From: Ruditapes philippinarum | Taxonomy: Eukaryota | Assembly (NCBI RefSeq): GCF_026571515.1 | Contig: NW_026853689.1 | Location: forward strand, 124,001-185,332 | Direction: 5' to 3' | DNA: 61,332 bases | In this document: piece by piece, positions 1 to 13,680 of the stretch | Numbering within the stretch: the stretch's first letter is position 1 | Layout: each line of letters begins with the position of its first letter | Position numbers and translations under genes: made by a program | Notes under the pieces: generated by a model | The model's database searches: none | What the model saw: the letters and a program-made list of their open reading frames with translations, nothing else | Told to the model about the DNA's origin: nothing

Positions 1-969
1 GTTGATAAGTATTTATTTACTGTTGTTATTAATAATGAATTAATTGTAAACAAACAACAACATTAATTTTGTAGCTTACTAATAGTTTAAAATGTTTTTT
101 AAATACACGTATATAAAGTGTATCCGGTATATGTTTACACGAACTTGTGACTGGTTTTGCGTTTCGTATATTTTATTAGTTTAAGTTTAATTGTTTACGG
201 TTGTAGGGAGTTAAATTAGACATGTACTTTTTTGTAAGTATGTAAACATGCGTGTGGTAAGGATAAATTGCAAGAGTATTTTATACGTTAGTTTTCAATG
301 ACACATGGCAGAGCATTTTTGAATCATTTATGAATCATTTCATTTAGATGAAACATTTTATTGTCAAACTAAAATAACAGAAGATACTTACAAGTGTTTA
401 TTTCCTGACGATTCCTTTTTTCCTGTAATGTTTTATTCATGATTCCTGTTTTGTTCACATCAGATGCTAGATAAAAGAAGGGAAAAACTTTATTGCAACC
501 AAGTATGATGTTCTGCACAACAGAACGTATGATTAATGTTAAAAAAAAAGAAAAATATTGCACTTCAATATAATGTTACATTACATATCAGACAGCCCTA
601 AATAGATAGAGGGTTCATGATAAGCCCAATGGACTGGTCGCCTTTCGTGCTTGTCAAGCAGACGTTATCAGCAGACGATACACTATCCGCTTTGTTTATT
701 GTTATGATTCAACCTTACAAAGGTATACCATACGTGCACTGATACTCTTGGGGAATTATAAAAGCATTGATAGCACTTGTAACATAACAGGAAATGATAT
801 CATCAACGGAATGATTAAAGCTGCGTTTATGATAAAATGTCACATGACGTCACTATTTTGTTTGAGTCTGTAGCGTTATTCACATATCTTCAAGTACCGT
901 TTTTATAATGTATGGTGTAACCTTTAGTTCATTGGTGATCCATATGACATACATGTACTTTTTAATTTG

Positions 970-1305
970 TCCAACGTTTGTTCATTATTTCACTACATAC
1001 GTTTGTGCATTATTTCACTATACACTTATACTACTAGTATATTACATACGTTTGTTCATTATTTCACTATATATTTTTACTATATAATATACGTTTGTTC
1101 GTTATTTCACTATATGCTTATACTATATTACATACGTTTGTTCATTATTTCACTATATACATTTACTATATAATATACGTTTGTTCGTTATTTCACTATA
1201 TGCTTATACTATATTACATACGTTTGTTCATTATTTCACCATATACTTTTACTATATAATATACGTTTGTTCATTATTTCACTATATACTTAAACTATAT
1301 TACAT
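970..1305. repeat. Minisatellite, ~43 bp unit (atacgtttgttcattatttcactatatacttatactatattac), ~8 copies
   Basis: Visible tandem units that alternate between two variants. Confidence 0.9.
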
Positions 1306-1829
1306 TTATTTTGGAATTAATCAACACCTGATACTCGTATTTAAAGAAATACACTTATTCACTTACATTTTCGAGTTCTAATATCTCTTATTAAAAGTGA
1401 GACTAAACAGTCGGGTCATGTTTATACATAAAGAAAAGCAATTTTATATCCCATTTCAGTACATGTAATTCAAAAATAAAGTACAACATTATTTTATTGT
1501 GTCTAACATATATGTCTAAAATAGGTTCTACATTTTTTAATACTTACAGCTGTATCCGACATCAAATTTGGAAAACAATCGTTTTAAATTACTAGTTATA
1601 AATTCATTCACTAATTTGATACAAGACATGGCATTTCCTGATATAGAACATCTCTGGGGAGATTCATTTCTGCACGATTTTCACGAAGTCGAAAGGTCCT
1701 TATGTAAATGCATAATATGAACGAACGTTTCGAGATGAATTTCGACGGAGGACGAATTCCATTAGGAAATACACGTCGACCTTGTACTGTGAAATGATAT
1801 AATTAGAATGCATGTTTATCATCTACATT

Positions 1830-1965
1830 ATTAAGCCTAACCGAGCTAAATATCTTAAACAGACTTGTCAATATTTCAATCTAGACAAAATTATTTAAAT
1901 TATAGATACGTTTCTAAATATGTACCGACTATAGCGAAATGTGCAAACCATGCTCAGACGGCACG
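1830..1965. mobile_element. Degenerate MITE-like dispersed repeat fragment
   Basis: Starts ttaagcctaaccgagctaaa and shares segments (ttcaatctagacaaaa; gactatagcgaaatgtgcaaacca) with 11420-11600. Confidence 0.35.
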
Positions 1966-3874
1966 TTACTTTTGGTTGTTACTGTATCATTAGTTTAGAT
2001 ATTTTGTGTGTGAAGGGCATTTTAGAAATGGGTGGTACTGAATTACCTCTTAATAATTGATTCAGACAATAGTTGCTTTTGTAGCGAAAGAAATACCCAA
2101 CTGCAAAATTTGACATTCGTTTTCATGCTTGTATCCTTGACTTACCCTGGTGATGTCGCTTGATGTTTTACTATGCCAATGTGTTTATATACTAGTATGT
2201 ATATAACTCAGACAACTTAGATATACATGTACTGTTAGTAACAGATGACGTAACACATGTCGAAGTTTCCTATTTCATTTCTGCCACGTACATATTATGA
2301 CGTAATAAAAGCATAAAAATTGTCCGATGATTAAAAACAAGGCTGTCAACATTACATAACATTACTTTAAAGTTACTGTGGTGTGCTGTAAGCGTCTTTG
2401 TTTGAGAATATGCCAAATAAATTCAGCCCGGCCATGAACAAACATTCTTAGCAAATTTTAAATGCTTGCCACGTTGTGTGTTTTTGAGGGATCCACTTCC
2501 TTTCTTTGTTATTTTCTTACTGTGGTGAGATATACAAAAAGTGATTTGATAAGGGATGATGACTTGAATCATTGACCCTCGTAACAGCTTAGGGTGTAAT
2601 AATATTGTGGGTTTATTCACATAAATTCACGCTTGATTTGAGATTAAGATTATATTTCTTTCTTCGTCATATGTAATAAAAAATTTAATTGCTATGATAC
2701 AAAAGAAAAAAAACATATGTTAAATGATCGTGGTCGGATTAATGAGGTTACATGTAAATTCTGTAGTTGAATAACCCTTTATCTGTTGAAACCGATAGCC
2801 ACCAGGTTCTTTATAATTGACCGATTTGTTTTTGTATTTTGATTGATATCCCTCAAATTTAAAATATTCTAAGCATGGTCAATGATTACCCAAAGTTACC
2901 CCTGTCAGTGAGCAGCATAAATTTTGCTGAATTTACAAAACCTTTGCATATTATACATGCATTCCTTTTAATTATATTTTCCTGATGTCCTTTTATATTT
3001 TGATATTGTGTAAAATTTCTGTTATTATTATTGTTACTTATTATAGGACACTCTAATCGAATTATATTTTTTCTTCTATTTTTTTTCCTTCTTGTTTTTG
3101 TATTTGTACCTTTTGTCTATATCGTTTAACAAAAAGTGTTGAACTTTTACGAAATATCGGATAACGGTTACTATTTTTCTTAAATTAAATCATAATTTAT
3201 GGGAAAAGGTCATTAATGTCAATTTGATTAATAAATCCTGATCAAAGATAATTATATACAATGCAATGTACGACGTTAAAATTTTTCAAAAGATATTAAT
3301 ATTGAAGTTCAAATAAATATTGTAGATTTTAAAAATATTTTAAGGGACCAAAACAACTTTTTCATTGCATTATTAGTCTAATGACACAATGTTTTAAAAA
3401 TATTCTTAATGGTGTATGATTCCCGATACATATCCTCATAATATTTAGAAAATATTACCAAAATAATGGAATAAATCTCCCTCAAGCATTTTGACGAAAT
3501 GGAGAAGAACAATACTTTCTTCTTTTTGTCGCTTTTGAGTGACATACAGTTGTTCTTTTAGATAGATATGTTTGAAAAAATCATTACAGTTTTCAAACTG
3601 GAATTTATGTTTTCCTGCAAAAAAGGTTGAGTTAAAGCTACTGAATTAATCACTGAATGGTAAAATAATGACTTACCTTTTATACATTATTTATAATTGT
3701 TGTTAAAGTGACGTTTAATGCATCGAGTAAGATAACGTTGTCTAATAAAGAAAACCATGCTGATTATCCATGATTGAACTGTTTGAAAGATGTGTCAGCT
3801 GCTTGTGGATGCATGGTTAGGTTGAGCCTGTTTATAGAAGGTATTGGTAAATGTAAGCTACCGCCTGTCCCAAG

Positions 3875-4105
3875 TACCCTCCCATCCCAGCACCAGCTTA
3901 AGCAGAACATAAGCAAAAATTAAGAGACATCCGCATGTGACAAGATCACTTTTGTCCTAAAATTACTGAGATATAGGTGCATGAAATAAAGTCACTACCG
4001 CCGGGGCATGCTATGCTATCTCTACTGGGTGCTGTATAGAATATTCTGACAATGTTTGGTTGAAAATTCAATATTGTTTTAGGCGGTGCTAGGGGCATGA
4101 GAAAT
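3875..4105. mobile_element. MITE-like element with imperfect terminal inverted repeats
   Basis: Left catcccagcaccagcttaagcagaa compares with the reverse complement of the right end, catgcccctagcaccgcctaaaacaa. The right end is also similar to 28480-28530. Confidence 0.45.
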
Positions 4106-4305
4106 ATTTGCACTTTTCATTATTTCACATGAACAGACTCTATCAAACCGAGGCTGTAGTTTTCAAGTTAATATTTTTGTTTCTTTGATCTGGATGGTTT
4201 TCCACTTTTTCAAAATGTTTATATGAAATATTTCCATAAAATCTGTATGAAAATAACGTTTCATTACATATTAAATGACTGTTATACATTTGTTTTTAAT
4301 TTCAG

Positions 4306-4584
4306 ATTTTCAATGTTTGGATCGCAGATAAGGAACTTCTAGTCACAGCAAGAAAAACGATGGCATCTCATAATGACGTCATAGCATGGAAGCTATATTT
4401 GGAAATCGAATGTCTCGCGATTCACATGAACTGAATATATCAAATTTATAAGGACATTTGCAATGTGTTCCTTTAGACATTCCAATACATTCAGTTTGAA
4501 ACTATTGCATTTACGCCTAGATCTGAGTGCTATAAATCAGCGCCAGTTCTTGTTAAACTAGATCTTTCTATCGGAATATTCAAC
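4306..4584 (+). other. Probable spliced 5' UTR portion of the receptor's first coding exon
   Basis: Strong acceptor tgtttttaatttcag ends at 4305. There is no in-frame ATG between the stop at 4474 and ATG 4585. Confidence 0.5.
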
Positions 4585-6683
4585 ATGGAGTCAGTAACAA
4601 TGTTAACGGAAGCTAGCAACGCTAGTAACGTCACGACAAACGTCACAATTGTTGTAGGCGGACCACAAATATGGAGTATAGAACATCTGATAGTGACGTC
4701 TGTGATTTTGGGTCTAATGATTTTGTGTACAATTATCGGCAATGTGTTTGTTATAGCAGCTATAATCTTAGAGAAGAATCTGCATAGTGTAGCAAATTAT
4801 TTGATACTTTCACTTGCTGTCGCAGATTGCATGGTGGCTTCCATTGTTATGCCAATCAGCGCCGTTAATGAGGTTCGTACAATTTTTGTTGTTGTTTTCC
4901 TGAAATAAAGTAACAAAACAAGTGCTTTTTTCGAGAAATTATGATTATAGTTTTTTATCATTAAAGTTTAAGGATGACTCCTGGGACAAAAGCTGGTATT
5001 TTCAATTTAAGAAACTCTGGAATAAATTTTGAAAGATAACAAGACTTTGTTTCCAACTTAAAAAGAGAGAATGTATACATCTTTTAAGAGCAAAACGGCA
5101 CACCTTCGTTAAAAAAGGTTACTTTTGGTCTACGTCAAGGAAGGCATTTGCTGTTGTTTATTATTATTGTAATATAATTATGTATAGAATCTTTTGTCTT
5201 CATCATATAATTTAGGTATGCTAAAGCAACTGTATGTGTATTAATCAATGAATTCAGATATGTACCACGTAGTATCCGAGAACGGTTCCTTTGATTATAT
5301 TAACAATTAATGTAAAATTGAATAATTGCTGCAAATTAGCAATTTTGACATCAGACATCGAAAGTAGTGATTATATCTAAAATACAATGTACACGTTTCA
5401 GAACTGATCTTGGATAACACTTCATTTTAAAATTATGCATTATTACTTTTGTTATGTTACTTTCTACATGATATATTATGGTCCGTGCTGTTAATGCAAC
5501 CTGTGTAGCTTCTTGTATAAGTAAAAAAACGATAAAAAATTCTTTAAATGACATATTTTATCACATCACTATAATAAATTCAAATAAATTAATAATTGAA
5601 TTAATTATATGTCTGATACATTTTTTACTGAGAGGACTACGAACATATTGATGCTAAAATATGTAATTTATTAATATTTAAAAAAATGTAATATTGATAC
5701 ATTATATATATTTTATTCAGGTCAGTCAGCAGTGGTTCATGCGTGCTGAGATTTGCGACATGTGGGTGTCGATGGACGTTTTATGTTGTACCGCCTCAAT
5801 ACTCCACCTAGTCGCCATCTCCATCGACAGATATTGGGCCGTTACTAATATAGACTATATCCGGAATAGAACGGCTAAAAGGATTCTAATCATGATTGCG
5901 ATTGTTTGGTTTGTTGCCATGTCAATTTCAATCCCTTCCATCTTTTTGTTTAAAGACGATAACGACCCAACAATTACAGGCATCTGTATGATTAGTCAAA
6001 ATCATGTTTACACGATATTTTCAACAGTCGGAGCGTTTTATTTACCGACAGTTCTCATGTTAATCATTTATGCTAAAATCTTCGTCGTTGCTAGACAAAG
6101 GATTCGTAAAAAGCGGTTTGCTCAGAAAAAGCAATTTCAGCAAAAACAGAAGAATAGAGAGTCTAGTCCGACATGTAATAACACGACGGAAATGACTCTG
6201 TTAACAGTTCCGCGGAAGGATTCCCCGGTGTCACGCTCGGAAATATCCGAAATGCCGTTAAACGGAAGTAGCGGTAGCGGTGAACACGATGACAATGAAA
6301 ATAAGTGCAAGACCAACGGCCATCTTGACTCGGCGCAGACGGCAATGTTGCCAAAAACAAGCCATGAAATATTGAAGGCCAAAAAACAGAAAGAAAAACT
6401 AGAAATGAAACGTGAAAGAAAGGCGGCACGAACTTTAGCTATAATCACTGGTGCATTCATAATTTGTTGGCTGCCATTTTTTATTCTAGCCATAATGGCG
6501 CCATTCATTCGCTCGCAAGTACACATCCCTTTGCTAGTAGAAAGCATAACTCTCTGGCTTGGATATTGCAACAGTTTACTCAACCCCATAATTTACACGG
6601 TGTTTAATCCGGAGTTTCGTATCGCCTTCCAAAAGATTCTTTTCGGAAAATATGCTAGAAAGTACAGACGAAACACAAGATGA
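4585..6683 (+). CDS. 5-HT1: 5-hydroxytryptamine (serotonin) receptor, 5-HT1-like class A GPCR; join(4585..4872,5721..6683), 416 aa
   Basis: Exon 1 encodes an N-terminus with NAS/NVT/NVT sequons, TM1 GNVFVI and TM2 SLAVAD. Donor GAG|gttcgt at 4872/4873 and acceptor ttttattcag|GTC at 5720/5721 join in phase 0. Exon 2 has the TM3 amine-binding Asp (SMDVLCCTASILHL), DRY, TM5 FSTVGAFYLP, a long IL3 ending KRERKAARTL, CWLPFF, WLGYCNSLLNPIIY and a short C-tail. An in-frame stop lies upstream at 4474. Confidence 0.93.
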
Positions 6684-9600
6684 AATATATTTAGTGTATT
6701 TGACTACACTAATATGCCTTCCAACCTCTGTTATCTAAGCAATAATAACTGTTATATTTTCCGAATTAATATGTTGTACTAGATGGAGTATATTCGTCTG
6801 CAAAAAATAGCGCGTGAACGGCGCGAGACAAAGTAAGAAACGGAGAATGTTATCAGAATGGTTGAGCAATATAGGGGGTGAGAAGGAACATTTAATGTCC
6901 TTTTCCGAGAATGTCTTTCAATCCAGATCTGTTGTACACAAAGACGGACTGGTGTACCATACAAGTGTGTGTTATCATGTGTGATTTACTGTGTAAATAA
7001 GTGCAAACCATTCTAATTGATAGTGTTTTAATCAATCTATACTTAATTAAGTAATTTAAAATGATTGTTTTTAAATTGATATCTTAAATTGATATATTTT
7101 TATGATGTACGATAATGCACCGCTTGTTCCAAAGTAACTTTTCGGTAAAGATTGTATAAATATTATTTTTGACTCACATATTTCAGTTTTAGCTAAAGAA
7201 ACAACTTGTATTAAAAAAACACTGATTTGTGATTGATTACACTTAAACTTAAGATACTAATTACTTTAATATAGAGGTGAAGTACAAACTCATGTTAGCT
7301 ATCAATCGGTGATTTGTAGTCATGCATTTATTAATATGCAAATGTTAGTGTATTGAATTTAAATTTCAAAACTATATATTTTCAGATATCAAGCTAAAAC
7401 TTATTTTTTGTTTTGTTTCGTAAACAATTAGATATTTAAAAGTACAATCACTACAATTTGTTGTATGAAACAAAAATGAAATTAAACTAGTTATATTATG
7501 AAATCGTATGTTATAAGCAAACCTGTAAAATGTAATATGTGTTTTATTTATCGAAATGAAAATGAAGGAAAACTAGATTAAGTATTATATGTAAACACAT
7601 ATGTTTCCTTGCATCAAAAAGAAATTTATAGGAATATTTGCAGAATTTGTATTACATTTTGGTAAGAGTATTAGATACTTTTACATGGTTGTACCTGATA
7701 CAATGTAGGGATAGAATAATACACTGAAAGTGACCTGTCAATTAAAGGCATTTATAGGAAGATTTTACGATGTTTTATATCCTCATTTATTTAATCTTTA
7801 ATGACCAATTTTATACCTTTTGGCTTCTTTATATGTGATAATATGAAAGAAAATCTATTAGTAGGGGTTAACCTGTGTGCGCATTACTGATAACAAACAT
7901 AAATATCTACTAAATTGAATTTTAATTGCATCTTTACCCAAATAATAATATCATTAGTAATAAAAAAATTATTGATAACGATTTAGTTAATTACCGTAGT
8001 TAGGATATAACTGCACAAAAAATCTTCCTATATGTCCCTTTGACATGTACAGTACTCGCATTATTTATATTATTTTATCAATTATAACAAAAGATCACGA
8101 TTGGGAAGTTATAAAACACAGACACCGATGTTGTGACATGACCTATTAGTAATATAAATGTAGTATTTGTTTTATTTATTGAATTGTTTGTTTTTACTTT
8201 TTACAATTTTTGTCAAAATGCACACTACGATGAATCTCACTCGCCTCTTTCAATACATGTATATAATAGTTTTGTGATGTCACTGTGTTTACCCTTGGTC
8301 ATAACGTCTGTTTTAAAATCACCCATAACTAATAGCAAAATTTCAACGTCATAAATTACATGTTTGAATCATTTGTTAAGTTGGTAATTAACTAAGTATG
8401 CTAAGTAACTGCAAATTAATATATCAATCTTTAAGTAATGCACTGCTTTAAAATAATGCTGTTTCTTACATTTTTACCTTTTACGTGATACTTCCGATTA
8501 TGATCCTACCTGAACATCAGGGTAAACTTCCGTTCGCCAAGCTCTGTATAACAGAAAATTTCCTTTTTGGGTTCCCTTTTTCTAAGAATGTGACTGCCAT
8601 TAAAATTTTATTACTGATATTGTATTAACGACTATATTATAGTCTAAAGTTCTGTTCTGCGCTTTAACCATGGCTTAAAATGTATACGGATATATTATGT
8701 CTTAAACGTTCATTTGACCGTATCTGGTGGGAGAGTGATATTTCACCCGGTATTGTAATGCATATTCGAAATTTTGGATTTTGGCTTAACGTGTTATTAT
8801 TAAGAAGTGATCACTTTTGTTGAAATGCACTTTTCGTATTTTAATGTACGGATATAATTTGCACAAGGTAAGTAATGGTGGTAACTTCCGGTTTTGAACC
8901 CACGTCTGGATGAAGAGTTACGTCCCTTTCGTCTTAATACACCATTCTAGGGATAGAGAACATTTACCCTCTCTTTACAAGACCAAATCGGCATCGTTAA
9001 CACTTTAAAGATAATTTCCTCCCCTTTCAGGACAAAAATGCTTGTATGCGAGAGACAGGAATTCTTCCGCTTGTCATTCATGTATAGGGCAGAGAATAAC
9101 TACCTTTTCTGAGAATGGCGGACCGTTAAAGTAAATGATAAACTTATTTGATATGATAATGCTTCCATATGAACCGCCGTGTGCTGGAAAAATGCTTTAC
9201 AATTAACAATTTCCCCAAGTGTATCACAAATAATCATTTAATCAAGCTTCTGCAACCGTGTTTATTTCCTTCTTTAAAAATTGCTTTCCAGTAGGAATTC
9301 GACATAAAATAGTGATCCAGGTTTGATGCAGGTTAATTGAATTTACAAAGTAATAATATAATGACAGTTTGATTTTTTCTCATCAATACGCGTACAAACC
9401 TTTAAAGCGTCCTTAAAATTACAATGACGTCATATCCGACATATATTTGTCTGATTTTTCTGAATGTTTCAGACTTGTCTATTTCTACAAGAATGAATAA
9501 ATGCTAAACAAAATATTTAATATTTTCTACTTTAGACAACTTGCTATTCACTGTAATAAATATTTTTATCCGCCATATTTATGCATAAAATGGAATTTGT

Positions 9601-11419
9601 CTATGCTAGAATATATAACAAAAATAATAGGAAAGAAGGAACAAAAACGGTAAAATTAAGTATCAATTTGATACATTCTTTTCTAGCATGATGCCTAAAA
9701 CAAAATACTTTTGATGCTTTAAATATGCAAATACGGAGGACATATATATGGGTCTTGGACAGGCCTGTCTCAATCATTTGTTGATTAAATAGGAAAATAA
9801 TAATATTTATAAAAAGATGTTGTGTCGAATGAATATTATACTACCAAATCAGATTTTTCAAATAATTTCAAATATATGCATAGTTAGAACGCTAAATATT
9901 TATGTCTTTAAAATCATCATCATTATTATTTAAAATACATTATTTCCCCATTATTTTCAGTTTCTGGTTAAAAAGTATGTGTTATTGTAACCAAGAATTA
10001 TCATACATTTTTAAATACATTATTCATAACATACAGTCTAAACAACACATTGCAGGTCTCTTCCAAACATATCATTATATTTTTATTTAAAAGAAAAACA
10101 ATCTGTTAAAAAGATTCACGTATGCAAAATTCACAAACAAACAAAAATCATTCTTCCGTATTTTTCCTGTTAAGGTTTTATGTTTTATTTTCTGTCCGTT
10201 GAACGGCCGTATAGCAGTTTTCAAGGGGAACAAATCGTGCATGCATTTCATAATTATCACTTAAATATCTTCTCTCACAATCAACAGAACATTCAAAACA
10301 AATACTAATATAAACAGCAAATAAAGAATAACTCATTTATTTGACTTGCTACAATCTGATTTATATGGTTTTATACATTTATGCAAAGCCATTTTATACA
10401 TATTTTGATTTGTAAGAAATAATTATAATCTTTAAATAAGTTTACATAATGTATGAAAAGAAATAATTCCATACAAATAATGATGATAAAATGATTTTCA
10501 TAAACTTTTTATCTAGGTCATCTTGCAAACACGCAGATTCATTTTGAGTCCTTTACTTTTTTAAATATTATCGTAAACACAGACGTTCCATTGCATGACA
10601 AATATAAATAAACGAAAGTATTTTTTATTTTCGACAGTAATTTGTTTACGCTGTGATCACCAGTGAACATTTTTACTATCGCTGTTTTAATTAACATATA
10701 TTTTGTTTTCTTCATTTTTAAATATCATTAAACATGAGAGTGTATATTCATTTTGCTCACACTAACCTTACAAAGTAAACTAAATATTTCTGTTACATGT
10801 TTTGTGAATATTTCGCATATTATATCACTTAAACGCTTATTTGTTTAAATATTGAATACGGGAAACTTTTAAAGAACGGAAGTCATTTATCGACCATGCA
10901 TGCGATCAAGATTTGCATCCATTATTTCCATTCAAACATTTCACATCAAATTACTATTTTGTATCAACCATTATAAAACTATGTACTCGTTTCCGTAGAA
11001 ACATTGTTTTAATATTACGAATTCCATTTTTGTTGTTTTCGTTTATTTATTTAGTAAACAAATAAGATTAGGTTATATTTGATATTGTTATTATCATATT
11101 AAAAGTTAAATGTACATATAATCGTTGCATATGTCGTACAGTGTAATGCAATGTTTTTAATCAAAATGTCTAATAAATATCTTATAAAATCTTGTCTTCT
11201 CTTTTTTCTTATTGTTAGAACTCCATTTGCTTCATATATATGTTTTATTCTTTTGTATTTAACAATGTATTTATTAGTAGGATATAGGTTTATATCATTC
11301 ACTGGTCATTCATTACGACAACGTGATGTATTTCATTAAGAAGCAATGGATGATATGTATTCTATAAATATTGTATAAACTCCGTATTTTTTCTTCAAGA
11401 AATTGTGTAAATGTTCGGG

Positions 11420-11602
11420 TAAACACTCTTTCAATCAGGACAAGACCATTGATCATTTTTTTGAGAAAAAAACAACAACATTGAACTGAATGGATAACTA
11501 ATAGTGCAGACTATTAGCAGACGACATGGGTGAGCAGGCTGATATTGGCCTGCGCTGGTCGTATTGATAGATTCTGCAGTCACCAGCAGGGTAAGCGGTA
11601 AA
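11420..11602. mobile_element. Degenerate MITE-like dispersed repeat (same family as ~1830-1965)
   Basis: tttcaatcaggacaagacc...agtgcagac...gcaggctgatattggcctgcgctggtcg...cagcagggtaagcggtaaa, with an internal imperfect palindrome. Confidence 0.4.
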
Positions 11603-12219
11603 TATTGTCAATAAAACAGACTGTATGATGGCCAAATAAAATATCATGTAAGACCGTACATACACAGGTATGAGCATATAATCTGAGTATATAAGCGGTT
11701 TATCGTCTGCATTGTAGGCTGATTAACAGCTGATTTTAAACAAGCAGTGCTTTCTTATTGAGTGAATGTTTGCAACAGCTTAGATGGTCGTAAAACTCTC
11801 ATAAAGGTGAAATGTAAGCTGATCATATTGATAGTAATGACTTTATTGTTCTAAGTTGAAAACCTTTGCAGTTTTGATGTGCCACAGCTGTGACATACAT
11901 GATTTAGTGTGGGACATTTAATCTAGAGTAGAGAGATCATTATACAGTAACTTCATGATATAAAAAGTATTTGTCTGCAGCAAGTCTATCCGTCTAAAAA
12001 GACTAGATGTTGACATCATTTCATTAAATTACAGTCTTGTGGTTTTTTTTCCATTGTAAAATTAATTGTTTAGATATGTTAATCTTTGAAATACTTGAAA
12101 AGGTAAAACAAACGCTCAGAAAACGTGCATGAAGCCGCCTAAAATTTCAAGGAAAGAACTATACACTTACTTTAGAACATAAACGTACAAACGCACAAAA
12201 GACACGCATATAATTGTAC

Positions 12220-13680
12220 ACGAACGAATGGAAAACATAATAAAACCAACTGGAAACTTCACTAATTGTCAAATGGGAGATGTAGTAATTTGTTCGTTTG
12301 TTTATTCGGGTTTTACGTCACATCGACACAGTATAGGTGATATGGCGACGTTTCATCTTTACTGATGGAGGAAGACCTTGGGTGCCCTTCCGTGCATTAT
12401 TTAAGACACAAATGAGTACATTTGTAAGCCTACCGACGTTCTGTACGCTATCTGGAAAGCTTCCTCACATGAAAGAATCCAAAGTTCATATCGGGATTCG
12501 AACCCACAGTGGTGAGGGGCGAGAGACATGATAAAATCAAGTGGAAACTTCACTACTGAACGAACGGGAGGCAACAAAACCAACTAAGAACGTCACTAAT
12601 GAACAAATTTAAGATATAATAAAACCAACTGGAAACTTTACTAATGGACAAATGGAAGACAATAAACCCAACTGTGAACTTTACTAATACATAATAAAAC
12701 CAAATAGGAACGTCACTAATACATTATAAAACCAACTGAGAACCTTACTAATACATATATAAAACCAAATAGGAACGTCACTAATACATTATAAAACCAA
12801 CTGTGAACTTTACTAATACATATATAAAACCAAATAGGAACGTCACTAATACATTATAAAACCAACTGTGAACTTTACTTATACATAATAAAACCAAATA
12901 GGAACGTCACTAATACATTATAAAACCAAATAGGAACGTCACTAATACATTATAAAACCAACTGAGAACCTTACTAATACATATATAAAACCAAATAGGA
13001 ACGTCACTAATACATTATAAAACCAACTGAGAACCTAACTAATACATATATAAAACCAAATAGGAACGTCACTAATACATTATAAAACCAACTGAGAACC
13101 TTACTTATACATAATAAAACCAAATAGGAACGTCACTAATACATTATAAAACCAACTGAGAACCTGACTAATACATATATAAAACGAAATAGGAACGTCA
13201 CTAATACATTATAAAACCAACTGAGAACCTTACTTATACATAATAAAACCAAATAGGAACGTCACTAATACATTATAAAACCAACTGAGAACTTTACTAA
13301 TGGACAAATGGAAGACATACGTAAAAAAACAACTGGAAACCTCACTACTGAACGAACGAAAGACATAATAAAACCAACTGGGAACATGACTAATGAAAAA
13401 ATTTAAGACATAATAACACCAACTGGATAGTTCACGAATGAACGAACGGAAGACAATAAAACCAACTGTGAACTTTACTAACACATGATAAAACCAACAG
13501 GGAACTTTACTGATACATTATAAAACCAACTGAGAATTTTACTTATGGACAAATGGAAGACATAATAGAACCAACTGGGAACTTCACTAATGAACAAACG
13601 AAAGATATAACTAAACCAACTGGAAACTTGACTAATGAATGAACGGAAGACGTAATAAAACCAACTGGGAACTTGACTTT
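12220..13680. repeat. Compound minisatellite: ~45 bp outer units and a homogeneous ~64-65 bp dimeric core (~12690-13295)
   Basis: Repeated ataaaaccaactg(g/a)gaacttcactaat. The core alternates aaaaccaaataggaacgtcactaatacattat with aaaaccaactgagaaccttactaatacatat. Confidence 0.92.
12289..12522 (-). mobile_element. tRNA-derived SINE, 5'-truncated, inserted in a minisatellite
   Basis: Minus-strand B-box GGTTCGAATCCC (12493-12504) and an (AAAC)n-like tail at the low-coordinate end; homologous copy at 24050-24250. Confidence 0.75.

Noticed and set aside
967-1381. ORFs 967-1173 and 1181-1381
   Set aside because: Translations of the 43 bp tandem repeat.
4530-6589. Antisense ORFs 4530-4742, 6137-6589 and 6163-6429
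   Set aside because: Shadows of the receptor coding sequence.
12540-13680. CRISPR-like array and ORF 13230-13484
   Set aside because: Intervening sequences are repeated variants, so this is a minisatellite and the ORF is a by-product.
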